DNA of 63,778 nucleotides, the filler included, from Octopus bimaculoides (taxonomy: Eukaryota): assembly GCF_001194135.2 (NCBI RefSeq). It is 6 parts of 5 records of this genome, joined end to end, with 100 filler letters (N's around TTAATTAATTAA, not from the genome) between each part and the next. Parts side by side here need not be neighbours in the genome. Positions count along the whole stretch, not along the records: positions 35,265 to 58,383 come from NC_068998.1; 5 more parts are not named here. One strand, 5' to 3'. Positions 40,164 to 52,639 of this stretch are shown here, one piece after another. A program made the position numbers and the translations under genes. The notes beneath the pieces are model-generated. The model was not told the origin of the DNA, searched no databases, and saw only the letters and a list, made by a program, of their open reading frames with translations. Within the stretch, counting starts at the first letter, position 1; every line of letters begins with the position of its first letter.

Positions 40164-40968
40164 TGGCTGCTATTTCTAATGGCCTGGACTACAGTATAGA
40201 AGTCTTCACTTTAGTATAATAAATTTTGCTGTTCAGCCCCAGGTCAACCTTGACTGAGTAGACATGATGAAAGAAGGGATGTGATCACCTATCTTTTTTT
40301 TTCCCAGCTATAATGTATCTAGGATTAAATTACACAAATGAGTCCTTCTTTTTTTTTTTTCGAAAATGGAGGGATATTTGGCTGCTATTTCTCACAGGTT
40401 GACTGACCCTATAGAGGCTTTCTTCTGTTACTCAAAGGGTCTTTAGCATTAGAAATAATGTTACAAGTCACAAGGTCAAGCAGCTAAGACACGAAGGTCA
40501 CAAGTCACGAGGTCAAGCAGCCAAGGCATGACTTGTTTTGAATCATTTCCTTATATGACTATGAGGTGAGTTGTCTCTTATTGCTGGAAACTAATATTAG
40601 GGTATGATTGAAGATAACTGCATTGATGGTGGTGACAATGGTTTTGTGGTGATGGTGGAGGTGGTGGTGGTAGGAGGTGGTGATAGTGGGAGGTGGTGAT
40701 GGTTCTAATTATGCTGCCTCTCTTATTTCAGTTTCTTTTAGTCTTCGGTCAGTCCTGTTCTATGAAATCTATAATTCAAATCATTCCAACCATGACCATC
40801 CTGTCTTTTCATTCTGACATAATATGTCGAGGCACACACTGTCCAATGCAACCTTTAGTCTTTTAACATGGTAGTGTGAGTTGAATGTAACTGCTATTTC
40901 TAGCTGTTTATTCTTTGGCCCATTACTGATGTTGCTGAAAGAATTCTTGAATTAATGAAACTGTATTT

Positions 40969-41006
<38 letters not shown>

Positions 41007-41439
41007 AAAAAGATAATCAAGTTAAAGGAGAATGCTATCTAGGATTGGTCCATGTTTTTAAGTAACGTTACAACAACAACAACAATATGCTGCTGCTACT
41101 ACTCCTCCTATAGTTCTGCTCTTCAAATAGTTATGGTTACTCTAAGCAGTGTGTTTTTTAGATACTGTAATTGTAATATGGGGTCTAGTAGCAGTAGTAA
41201 TAGTAGGGATGGTAGTAGTAGTAGTAGTAGTAGAAGAAGAAAAAGAAGGAGGTTTTAGTAAACACTAAGCAAATCCTTGAAAGAATGTAGTTCATCACAT
41301 ATATGTGTGTGTGTGTGTGTGTGTGTACTTGTGCGTGTATGTGAGTGTGTATATATATGTGTGTGTATGTGCATATGTGCGAGCATGTGTATGCATGTGT
41401 TTGAGTGCATGTGTGTGTGTGTGTGTATGTGTGTGAGAT

Positions 41440-41851
41440 TGTGTGTGTTCCTTTCACCACCTGACAACTGCTGTTGGTTTGCTTACATCCCTATAACTTA
41501 GTGGTATGGTAAAAGAGAGTGACAGAATAAACACCAAGTTTGAAAAGAAAAAGTCTTGGGGTTGATTTGGTTGAGTAAACCCTTCAATGTGGTGCCCTAG
41601 CATGGCCATAGTTCAATGACAGCATCAAGTAGAATATAAAAGATAAAAGATGTCCAGTTACACATGAGTTGATGGCTAAAATCTTACTGTCCTTGCTGAC
41701 CACTAATAAATGAATAATAATTAGTGCACATAATTAAGCATTACACACACACACATATATACACATATACGATGAGCTTCTTTCAGTTTCCATCAACCAG
41801 ATTCACTCGCAAGGCTTAGTTTTGCCTGAGGCTATAGGGCTATAGTAGAAG

Positions 41852-41915
<64 letters not shown>

Positions 41916-42075
41916 CATGGTTCTTTCAGTTTCTGTCAAGCGAATCCACTCACAAAGGCTTGGCATAGCTGCAGGTCTTTAGTAAAAGACACTCGCCAAG
42001 GTACCATGCAGTGGAACTGAACCTGGAACCATATAGTTGAGAAGCAAACATCTTAACTACGCAACCACGCCTGCA
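41440..42075. mobile_element. SINE family B pieces: a + strand tail (41440-41650) and - strand heads (41770-41850, 41915-42075)
   Basis: Homology to the copies at 52640-53030 and 54827-55130. Confidence 0.7.
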
Positions 42076-42108
42076 TTTACAATAAAATATAAATACAAGC
42101 AAACTGAC

Positions 42109-42195
42109 CCAGCAAGAGAGAGTATCTGCTACCATCCACATCTTTTTGAGGTTTGTGTCTACTCCAGTTTTGTTACTGATGAAGTTGATGAAGTC
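42109..42195 (-). CDS. Histidine acid phosphatase, exon equivalent to ACPP exon 6
   Basis: Acceptor tttttgtgtgtgttttag, donor TGG|GTCAGT. 87 nt, phase 0/0. Translates DFINFISNKTGVDTNLKKMWMVADTLSCW (compare DFIATLGKLSGL...IWSKVYDPLYCE). Confidence 0.9.
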
Positions 42196-42512
42196 CTAAA
42201 ACACACACAAAAAAAAAAAACTATTTATTTTAAACAATAAGTAACTAGAGCAGAGAGAAGCAAAAATCAGTAGAGCGGTAGTAAAATTGTCTTGTGTTAT
42301 TTAGTGACATCCTGTGTTCAACTTTTTATTTCATTCTTCTGTGGTCAATAAAATATGTACGAATCAACATTTTGTGTTTCTCTTTACATTTTAACCTGTA
42401 CTTTGACCCATCTTTCTCTCTTTGTATGTATGTCTACATGCATGGATATGTGTACATACATACCTGCATGCATGTATGCATGTATACATACACATATACA
42501 TGCATGCATATA

Positions 42513-42645
42513 CGAGAGGGTTCTGAAAAGTTCCTGGATTTAAGGGTATCACAAAGAGCCTGGTTGGAGGCCCAACCTTCCAAGTTTTTTACAAGGTTTA
42601 AAAAAACTGAAGGACCATTGCAAAAGTATGTGAATCTGAGAGGGG

Positions 42646-42694
<49 letters not shown>

Positions 42695-43169
42695 GTTTAA
42701 CGTCTGCTTTCCATGCTAGCATGGGTTGGACGATTTGACTGAGGACTGGTGAAACCGGATGGCAACACCAGGCTCCAATCTAATTTGGCAGAGTTTCTAC
42801 AGCTGGATGCCCTTCCTAACGCCAACCACTCAGAGAGTGTAGTGGGTGCTTTTACGTGTCACCCGCACGAAAACGGCCACACTCGAAATGGTGTCTTTTA
42901 TGTGCCACCCGCACAAGCCAGTCTAGGGGCACTGGCAACGATCTCACTCGAAAATCCTACGGGAGCCAGTCAGGCGGTACTTGCAACGGCCACGCTCAAA
43001 ATGGTGCATCTCATGTGCCACCCGCACAAGAGCCAGTCCAGGGGCACTGGCAACGATCTTACTTGGCTTGCCGAGTCTTCTCACGCACAGCACATGAATA
43101 ATATCATAATTAACTGATCCTCCGGTCTTTTCTTTTACCTAAAGTCAGGAACTTTTCAGCACCCTGTCG
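42513..43169. mobile_element. Mariner-derived MITE interrupted by (ATC)n and an RTE-tailed repeat (42694-43095, - strand)
   Basis: Ends TA|CGAGAGGGTTCTGAAAAGTTCCTG and CAGGAACTTTTCAGCACCCTGTCG|TA. The uninterrupted copy at 46113 shows the empty site. The insert begins CGTTTAACGTCTGCTTTCCATGCTAGCATGGGTTGGACG and has an internal duplication. Confidence 0.8.
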
Positions 43170-43394
43170 TATATGTATGTATGTATGTATGTACGTATGA
43201 ATGAATGATCTTCTGATCTCAGACATACAGCATCAATTGTAGCATTTTGACCTGTACCGTCTTGGGTGCACAAGAAGTTGCAGGTGAAATGATACCAAAG
43301 CAAGATTCCTTGGATGTTGTTACTACTTTGGTCTGTGACACTAGTTGTATGTAGGGTAAGATATGTATGTGTGTATGGGTGTGTGTGTATGGGT

Positions 43395-43433
<39 letters not shown>

Positions 43434-43734
43434 ATGTACAAATATATGACATGTATGCATGCAAACATGTTCATCTGGTCTCAAATACACTATTAATTAT
43501 AAATATCTCCTAACAAGCTCACTGGCTAATTGCGACATCAGCACCTCTTCAGGCCATGTTATTCCATATATCGATGGTGGGGACAGATTACTGCTATCTC
43601 TAGCAGTTGAGCATCCATCATTGACAAGAGCAAGGAAGGTTGAAATCACATGATCTGGTGGTCTCAATACTGGAGGTGGCTAGGATTTATCTCCCCACTA
43701 GTGATATATATATATATATATACACACACAAACA

Positions 43735-44125
43735 CATTGTTGTTGTTGGCATTCCGTCGCTTACGACGTCGAGGGTTCCAGTTGATCCAATCAACGGAAC
43801 AGCCTGCTCGTGAAATTAACGTGCAAGTGGCTGAGCACTCCACAGACACGTGTACCCTTAACGTAGTTCTCAGGGATATTCACCGTGACACAGTGTGACA
43901 AGGCTGGCCTTTGAATTACAGGTACAACAGAAACAGGAAGTAAGAGCGAGAGAAAGTTGTGGTGGAAGAGTACAGCAGGGTTCGCCACCATCCCCTGCCG
44001 GAGCCTCATGGAGCTTGTAGGTCTTTTCGCTCAATAAACACTCACAACGCCCAGTCTGGGAATCAAAACCACGATCTTATGACCGCGAGTCCACTGCCCT
44101 AACCACTGGGCCATTGCACCTCCAC
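43735..44125 (-). mobile_element. Full-length tRNA-Arg-derived SINE (octopus OR-type) with an (ACA)n tail
   Basis: The minus-strand head GTGGAGGTGCAATGGCCCAGTGGTTAGGGCAGTGGACTCGCGGTC...TTTTGATTCCCAG has boxes A and B and a TCG anticodon-like loop. The tail ends GCCAACAACAACA. A fragment of the same family is at 51170-51255. Confidence 0.85.
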
Positions 44126-44348
44126 AAACAGACGGGCATTTTGCACCAAAAGCTAATAGTAGAGTTTCTCTCATGGTAACTACCACAGTATAGTTTGTTC
44201 TAACAGAACATCCACATTTAAGTGGGGATAAATATTACCTCTTGGTATTAATACTGCCTCTGTTACTAATAAATATTTTTTAAAACAATATCAATTATAT
44301 AATATTTTAAATGAATTCTCTCATAAGTAAATATATGATGTCAAATAC

Positions 44349-44441
44349 CTGATTATCTGTTTGAATTTGTTTTCCAACTGTGTTGAGTCGTTGTGTATAA
44401 AGGTGAGTGTAAAGTGAGCAATTTCTGGCAAAACTAATCAT
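44349..44441 (-). CDS. Histidine acid phosphatase, exon equivalent to ACPP exon 5
   Basis: Acceptor gtatatttctattttcag, donor CAG|GTATTT. 93 nt, phase 0/0. Translates MISFARNCSLYTHLYTQRLNTVGKQIQTDNQ (compare LLYLPFRNCPRF). Confidence 0.85.
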
Positions 44442-44589
44442 CTGAAAATAGAAATATACTGAATTGTGACTAAATAGTAATATAAACTCTACTCTACACT
44501 CCACGTTGTTGTTGTTATCCTCATCATTCTCATCGTCGTCATCATCATCGTTGTCATCATCATCATCATAATCAACATCAACAATTAAT

Positions 44590-44905
44590 TTTCCATTTTC
44601 CATGTTGGCAAGGGTTAGATGGCTTGACAGGAACTGGTAAGACCAAGTGCACCACCAAGATTCCATAGTATGTTTTGGCTTGGTCTCTTTGGTTGGATGT
44701 CCTTAATGCCAACCACTTTGCGGAGTGTACTGGGTGCTTTTTATGTGGCACCATCACCAGTACTTTTTACATGGCAACATCACCAGTGCTCTTTATGTGG
44801 TGACAATACCAGTGCTTTTAAAATACAGCACCAGTACCAGTGCTTTTTATGTGGCACTAGCACCAACACCAATGCTTTTCATGTGGCCCCTTGGTTTTAT
44901 GCAAC
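44590..44905 (-). mobile_element. RTE-tailed repeat (same tail as 42694 and 46950-46990)
   Basis: TTTTCCATGTTGGCAAGGGTTAGATGG...GGATGTCCTT...CCAACCACTTTGCGGAGTGTACTGGGTGC followed by CACCAGT repeats. Confidence 0.65.
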
Positions 44906-45459
44906 ATGGTCTTATGCATGGTTTTATGTATAGAAACATATAGATACATATAATCATGATCAGTTAATATGATTACAATTAGCATTCTTATTAAATGATG
45001 AAGAATTGAATATACATATTAATCCTTTGAGGCCATGAGTATACTTCTGCAGGTGAGATTTCATTTGACTATACCCATAGGTATTGTGTCACTATTTGTC
45101 AGAAACATCATTATTTTCAGCTGTAAACCAAAAGCCATGTGGCCACCCATTTTTGTGTCTTTCAAGGGTTTAATCAAAGAAAATTGCATCTGCTGAAACA
45201 TACTTGTAGGCTCAAAGGGTCGAGACATTGCAGAATATGTATATTAAAGCCAAGTGTACGCGCATTGTGATTGTGGAGATATACACACATTCAGTTTCAG
45301 AGTTTGTGTGAAATTCGAATTAAACATGGATCTTCTCACTTTAACAAAGCTGAAGATTTGCTTCATAATGCTCTTACTGATAACAGCAGCAGAGAGTTTA
45401 AAAATCGGATATTCTCACTAAATACACTGAAATCTATTTTCCACTTGATACAGTTATGT

Positions 45460-45612
45460 GGCAGGAGTAGGCCTAAGAACTCGTGGTGTAGATCAACACA
45501 AAAGGAACTAGAGAAAGGGGGACATTCATGGCAGAGTATAAGTACAGGAGTGAAGAATTATGTGAAATGGAATTCAATTATAAGTGGCCTATACTCCGCG
45601 TTGGAGGGTTAA
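45460..45612 (+). mobile_element. RTE LINE C-terminal fragment
   Basis: Translates GRSRPKNSWCRSTQKELEKGGHSW...W...SGLYS (GRP..TW..W pattern). Confidence 0.55.
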
Positions 45613-46112
45613 AGGCAAGAATGAAAGACAACGAGCAATAGCTTGACATAGATGAGCCAAAATGACAGCTTCTACATTGTCACTTGATGTGCTGTTTTTA
45701 TAAAAAGAAAGACATATTAGACAATATAGCTCTTGATATGCAAGCAGATGGGATGGCCATGACTAGAATCAAATGTTCGCTCAATCAGGCCTGACTTGGT
45801 GCTCAGCTGCAGCAATAACAATCTCCACATGATACTGTTTTTACTGCTAGTATTACTGTTACAATAAAACAATAAACTGTAACTCATACCGTACTTACTT
45901 AGAACGAAGTGGCTAATGTATATCTGAGCAATGTACTTAATGCAGTGCTTTTTCTATTGCTAAGTGTTCAGGTCACAGCTTTAGAACTGTATCATTATAT
46001 GATACTTAATTACAAGTAGTTATAGAGAGTACAGTTACAAACTATGCTTTTAGATAACCTCAATTTACAGCTAGGTTGAGTATATCTCTACATAGAGGGG
46101 AGTATATCTCTA

Positions 46113-46328
46113 CAAGGGGATGCTGAAAAGTTCCTGGCTTAGGGTAAACAAAATATAGAAGGATCAGTTAATTATGATTTTATTCAACATATTCCCCTCT
46201 CTGATTCACATACTTATTGCATTGGTCCTTCAGTTTTTCTAAGCCATGTAAAAGAATTCAGGATGTTGGGCTTCTAATCAGGCTTTTCACAATAACCTTG
46301 AAGTTAGGAACTTTTCAGCACCACCTCG
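46113..46328. mobile_element. Intact mariner-derived MITE (216 bp) with TA TSD, inverted relative to 42513
   Basis: TA|CAAGGGGATGCTGAAAAGTTCCTG at one end and AGGAACTTTTCAGCACCACCTCG|TA at the other. Confidence 0.82.
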
Positions 46329-48072
46329 TATAACTAGATTGAGTACCACAGGGAACGATATGTCTACATGGTACTTATTTCCCTCACACCTTTCCTCTCC
46401 ATTCTGATATTTACCATCAACCACACCTCCATCTTTGTTTGTCACTCACAACATCCATCTCTAACCTTCTGTCATTCTTCTCCCACGCTCTTATGAGACT
46501 ACCTGACTTCCCTTACCTCCTAATCCACTTTCTATATTCTCCCTTATACTCACCTTTTTGTACTTTGAAAGTATGCTGTAGCAACCCATCACCACCAAAT
46601 TCATTTCCCTTTCAGCTACTCTCACCTAACCTCACATTAGCAGGGTAGCCACTGATCTCCTCTAAAGCAAGACACCCTGAACCTCCATCATACTTTAGAC
46701 TTCAACACCTGCATAAAACCACCTCTGCCTCTCTCAAATACACTCCAACCCCATTATGGGAACTTCTTTTTCTTTCCTTACTCTGTCTTGCAAGTTACTT
46801 GGCAGCCTCACTAGTGTTGTGATTATGAAAAATAAGCACTCAATACTCACTGTAAAGTGGTTGGGATTAAGAAGGGCATCCAGCTGTAGAAACCATACCA
46901 AAAGCTAATGCTGGGTCTGCTGTAGCTTATCAGACTCTGTCAGACCTTCCAAACCATGCCAGTATGGAAAGTAGACTTTAAATCATGATTGGGCACCACT
47001 GGGAACAATACCTCCACATGATACCCAGTGACTTATAGATTAATGACTGGTTCATCAGCAAACGGTATATTTGTATAAAGTGCATTACAGATAGATTAAC
47101 TGTGAAAACATTCTGTTGAATCTCACTGATCTATTAGGACAGTTTATAGCAGTAAACTGTTGCAATATGTGATGCCTGTTTACCACTAGTTCGACTAAGC
47201 ATTTAAGTACTAAGTGTATTTGTTTTCTGTCAGTTACACAACATACTGCTGGAGAAGGAATATGAATTATTAATAATTTGAAGAGCAGAATGATGTCCTA
47301 CTGAAGACACTGCTAATATACTTTAAAACCTATTATACATAACATTACCATTAGGGAGATAAAAATACCATATTTTCTGGTATTCTTATACAAGTCAAAT
47401 TTTTTCAGACCAAAATTTACAGCCAAAAACAAGAATGTTGATTTATACATGAAGACAATTTTGGAAGATCAAAAATTCCATGTGAAATGCAGTGATTTGG
47501 GAAGATAATGATGATGTTTGAATGTTTACACTACATGCTATGTTGACTTGTATGTCAGAAAATATGAGAAATGAGTTTATATAAATTGTTACTGGTGAGT
47601 TAAGAAAAGATGAGTGTGTATATCTCACCATATTCACACACACATACATACATACATGTATATATATANNNNNNNNNNNNNNNNNNNNNNNNNNNNNNNN
47701 NNNNNNNNNNNNNNNNNNNNNNNNNNNNNNNNNNNNNNNNNNNNNNNNNNNNNNNNNNNNNNNNNNNNNNNNNNNNNNNNNNNNNNNNNNNNNNNNNNNN
47801 NNNNNNNNNNNNNNNNNNNNNNNNNNNNNNNNNNNNNNNNNNNNNNNNNNNNNNNNNNNNNNNNNNNNNNNNNNNNNNNNNNNNNNNNNNNNNNNNNNNN
47901 NNNNNNNNNNNNNNNNNNNNNNNNNNNNNNNNNNNNNNNNNNNNNNNNNNNNNNNNNNNNNNNNNNNNNNNNNNNNNNNNNNNNNNNNNNNNNNNNNNNN
48001 NNNNNNNNNNNNNNNNNNNNNNNNNNNNNNNNNNNNNNNNNNNNNNNNNNNNNNNNNNNNNNNNNNNNNNNN

Positions 48073-48133
<61 letters not shown>

Positions 48134-49773
48134 GTATGTGTGTGTGAATGTGTACACACATACACATATACAAACTTGTTACTAGTTCAAGTATGCTTGA
48201 GACATATTTGATTATATTCAAATATGCCTCAAGCTTGTCTGAACCCATAAGAAAGCTATTCACTGTATTTTGTCATGGAGAAAATTTCTCAGTGTAGACA
48301 AATAAGTGTAAATATATTGAGTCAGCTCACAGTGACCCTAACTTGACTGTTGGATGAATGCATTTTGGAGTGGTTATCTCCTATTAAGCAGCAGAGACCA
48401 GAAGGGTAGACACTGTGAACTGGTATGAGAGACAAGTCCCTCTTATGATATTTCCATTCCATCATCATTCAATATTATTTGATTCTCTGCCTGAAGAATT
48501 TCTAATAGGAGATATCTTACATGTTTTCTACTACATGTACAATTTTGTAACTCTTATTAGCAAATGAAACACATGTAATGGTGAATAAATAATACCAAAG
48601 ATTTTCCAATCTATTGTTTTGATACAAGTATGTATGTATGTATGTATATTTAGCAACTGTGAGATAGGTGAACAAATAAACTATTATGCTATAAATTACA
48701 GTGACATACAAATTAAGTTGGGACATAAATCAATTTTAGCTAAAAATTATGGGTTATGACCAAACTTTCCTCATAGGAAGCTACTGGTTGGCTAAAATTT
48801 CAGACTATGGTATCTTACAGTTAAGGTTTTAATTGGCAATAAAATAACTTTTATTTTAAATTTTGTACCATATAAATAGAGTAACAATGCCAATGTTTGT
48901 ATGTATTCAGTAACCTACCACGAAGTATCATTAATCTGTCATTAGTTCCCTGTTGTGTATAGTGTACATAATGGTAATCTTCCTCTGAAACTAGAATTAC
49001 ACCAGCCACACAAGAAATATTAAATGAGTATTATTTCTGTTTGCCATAAATACTTAAATTCACATAAATTTGCAATCTAATGTGCTGCTATATGAAATTA
49101 CTCAGATGACATGTTGTCTGCAATTGTCAGATTGACTGTCTGAATTCAGTGGAAATCCAATCAGTGTTTATAGCCAGTGTAGCGGCTTTTAGAAACAGGA
49201 TATGCTGTAGCCTTGATATAAACCTAAATTTGTTTCCCTTTTGTTTAATATTGTATTAACCTCTGTGTTAACCACTTAGCATCAGATTACTCTGTCAAAT
49301 GCAATACTTACTCATTCACATTGTTTTTGAATTCATCATGCATCATCTTGTAGCTTTGAGGACTGTAGTGAGCTCCAATGTCTGTTTTGACATTGTTTCT
49401 ATGGCTGGATGCCTTTAACCAAACCTAACCACTTTACAGAGTGTACAGAATACATCAGCACTAGCGAGGTCACCAAGTAATTCAGAAGAGAAGCTACCTT
49501 GAATGGACATGTTGGTATAAAGTAAAAAGTAAAGTACGAGTATTTTCTGTAAATTTTATCCAACTGCCAGAGACCATAGTTTCAAATACCATCATATATT
49601 GTATACATCATATACAGTAAAAAAACAAAAAAACAAAGCAAAAAAAAAAAAAAATACAAGTATTGCAGTGTTGAATAAAAAGTAAGTGGACAAAAGTTGC
49701 CATTCTTGAAATAGGATTAAAAAAGTAAACATTTATTATCATTGTGGAATTGAGAATGAACCAGCATACATAC

Positions 49774-49920
49774 ATTATCATCATGAGGTCTGGAATATAT
49801 TGGTAGTAATTGTGATTCTGAGAAGTTTCGTTCTGTTGTTTGGTAATGTAAATATAAGCCATCCACAAGAGCTTGGGCACTTTTGACACATCGTGGGACA
49901 GGGGAACTCTCCAGTTTGAT
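49774..49920 (-). CDS. Histidine acid phosphatase, exon equivalent to ACPP exon 4
   Basis: Polypyrimidine tract ending in an AAG acceptor, donor AAT|GTATGT. 147 nt, phase 0/0. Translates IKLESSPVPRCVKSAQALVDGLYLHYQTTERNFSESQLLPIYSRPHDDN, which aligns without gaps to the VYVRSTDxDRTLMSAxANLAGLF motif. Confidence 0.88.
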
Positions 49921-50042
49921 CTTAGAAAGAGAATGAAGAACAATTGACTTTTATGAGAAAATGTCTGATGTATGAGAGTTATATATTAATAATATGGGAG
50001 CAAAATTATGCTGTTAGTACTTTGATATTAGATCTATATCAA

Positions 50043-50260
50043 GATGGTGAGCTGGCAGAATTGTTAGCATGCGAGGAAAAATGCTTAACAGCAATTCGTC
50101 CATCTTTACATTCTGAGTTCTAATTCTGCTGTGTCTAACTTTGCCTTTCATCATTTTGGAGTCAATAAATCAAACACCAATTGGGCATTGAGGTTGATGT
50201 AATTGACTAACTCACTGCTCATGAAATTGCTAGCCTTGTGCTAAAATTTGAAACTGATAT
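50043..50260 (+). mobile_element. SINE family A with CpG decay (another copy at about 52010-52220)
   Basis: GGTGAGCTGGCAGAATTGTTAGCATGC...TCTGAGTTCTAATTCTG...CTTTGCCTTTCATC. Confidence 0.75.
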
Positions 50261-50522
50261 TAGACGTATATCAGCAGTTTAAATCAATTTATCTATTTAA
50301 AATTCAAATTCAATATTAAACTGATGAGATCAATTACAATTAAAATACATACAAATGTATGTGTATATTTGTATATATATATATATTAGATAGATTGCCC
50401 TGTCTCCCTAGCCAGGGCTAAAATGATGCAAAGTGCATTATGATCAGTGATATGTAACAACATCTGATAGGATAATCTGGTTGGTAATGTGATCACATGA
50501 TATATATTATATATATATATAC

Positions 50523-50569
<47 letters not shown>

Positions 50570-51425
50570 TATATATATATATCCTTTCTGTTGAAGAGCG
50601 TAGACTCAAAACATAAAAGAGCTTTCCATTCTTCCTGACCATTAAACTAATACACCTGCTTGTTGTTCCTACACCTGTCTCCATCTTTTGTTTTCTGTAA
50701 ATTTGAACTATATACATAGATATATATATGCATATGTAATTGAAATTTTATTCTAATCATTACTATGAAATGAATATGAAAAAAAGATTAAACATGGCTC
50801 TTCAGCTGGAATATTGTTACTATAATTATTATTGCATAGGTCAACATAAAAAGTATAACATAGTTATATTGCCCTTTTACAACTTGATGGAGATAACAGT
50901 ATAATATCACATATAGAAGCTGATTCGATTACTGTATTGCAATGCTATAAGCAAGGATGGAACTTAACACCATAGAAACCATTGAAACAAGATTGATTAT
51001 ATGCCTCAATTTTGAGATGAATTATTCTATGTACAGATGTAAAAAAGATGTTTTTAAGACTGATAACATAGTTTCCATGTGCTCCAATTTTGTTTTATAA
51101 AACTTGATATTTTGAAAGGTTTTCTCGATGTGTGTGTGTGTGTGTGTGAGTGTGTGTGGCTGGGAAGGAAATTCCAGCATGTTAATTTTAAGAGCAGGCT
51201 GTTCCATTGATTGGATCAATAGGAATCTTCATTGTCATAACCGACAGAGTGCCAATAGCATTTTCACCCTCACTATACTAGCTAATGTATCCTTTTGCCT
51301 TTTGAAGATTAGAATAAGGTGACATGAATGAAATTTCATTTCTACTTTTAACTTATCATGAGCACCCATATAGAAGACACCTCATTTATTCACATTTATT
51401 CTGGTATCTTTTAGCTGTATCTTAC

Positions 51426-51509
51426 CTCATTTGAGGGACTGGAACTGAAAAATCCATAGTAACGATTTCGAAAATAACTTCCTAGATTCAGATTTTGTTT
51501 AGTTCCTAT
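51426..51509 (-). CDS. Histidine acid phosphatase (ACP2/ACPP-like), exon equivalent to ACPP exon 3
   Basis: Acceptor ctttcatttttttttcattacag, donor GAG|GTAAGA. 84 nt, phase 0/0. Translates IGTKQNLNLGSYFRNRYYGFFSSSPSNE, matching LGMEQHYELGEYIRKRY of ACPP (recalled). Confidence 0.88.
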
Positions 51510-52349
51510 CTGTAATGAAAAAAAAAATGAAAGACATAAAAATTTATTATATATACATATCTGTATACAGTTGGCACCATATACATACATGTGCATAAAC
51601 TCCCTGAATGAATGGGAATGTTGTGTATACAGGTTTAAACTTTAGGTTTGTTAAAATATGTTTGTGACATATTTCTGACAGGGGGCAGTACTGGGCAGAT
51701 ATTTTGTTTATATCTTTTACCATAAGAGATCAATATAGGATCACAAACTGTCAACCATAAAAAAATCTAGACACAAACCTCACAACCTGAATGTAACTTT
51801 AGACAAATAACTAACTGAATTTGAAATAATAATTGCCTGTTAAAGGAGCTGGTATATAGTGCTGATTTAGAATTTATTGATGCCACAGGAAAGATATAGG
51901 GGGTTAACTTGAAAACTTATTTAAAACTTATATATTTATATATATAATAGTGTACATTCATTCAGGCATAGAAGCTTAAAAAAAAGTTTCATTATTGAAA
52001 CACATTAAAGGCCATGAACTGGCAGAATTGTTAGCATGCCAGGCAAAATGCTTAATGATGTTTCGCCCACCTTTACATTCTGAGTTCAAATTCCATCAAA
52101 GTTGACTTTGCCTTTCAGCCTTTCGGGGTTGATGTAATAAGTACTAGTCAAGCACTGGGGGTCGATGTAATCAACTCTTGAACTTGCTGGCTTTGTGCCT
52201 ACAGTAGAATAGATTATTGAAACACATTTGTAATGTAAAACACAGAGTTGTAAGTAACCCTGTATTCAAATGAAACACAGTTTCAGTTTTATGTTGAAAC
52301 TATATAACAGTTGCAGAAGAACTGGACTTGTGTGTAATCCATTCCTTCA

Positions 52350-52600
52350 TCTTGTCCACCCACTATTCCTGGCAGGGTTATGGGCATAGATTCCTTAGGC
52401 ACGTTCTCCATAAGGTCTTGTCAGAAGCAACAGGTATTGCACTTTCCAGCTGGATTTCCCAAGTTTGACCACTTAAGTCTAGGATACTAAGCAACCATCT
52501 CATTCTTGGTTTCCTGCCAGTTGACTCAACTTAAAAATCTGCTTTGCTAGTCTTTCCTGTAACATTCTAATCCCATGTTCATTGTACTAGAGCTGTGACA
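52350..52600 (-). mobile_element. RTE LINE C-terminal fragment
   Basis: The minus strand gives GRKPRMRWL...DL...VASDKTLWRTCL-like sequence with frameshifts. Confidence 0.5.
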
Positions 52601-52639
52601 TTCCAACATCAGTCAGCATATAAGAAGTTTTGTTTATTC

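Noticed and set aside
43220-43335. Possible phosphatase exon on the - strand with an open frame and a GTATGT donor
   Set aside because: The + strand reads SILTCTVLGAQEVAGEMIPK, a mariner transposase fragment. Its phase does not fit, and the true next exon is 42109-42195.
44040-44125. tRNA-Arg gene
   Set aside because: It is the head of a SINE, continuing into a body and tail, and does not give a complete cloverleaf.
45899-45986. Perfect GTAAGT donor on the - strand with an upstream CAG
   Set aside because: All three frames contain stops and there is no phosphatase similarity.
48521-48610. GTAAG donor on the - strand with a short open frame
   Set aside because: Poor acceptor, no homology, and not needed between the exon 4 and exon 5 equivalents.
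52230-52305. FQHKTE...GLLTT on the - strand as a degenerate RHG exon
   Set aside because: No phase-0 GT donor after the motif and the similarity is weak.
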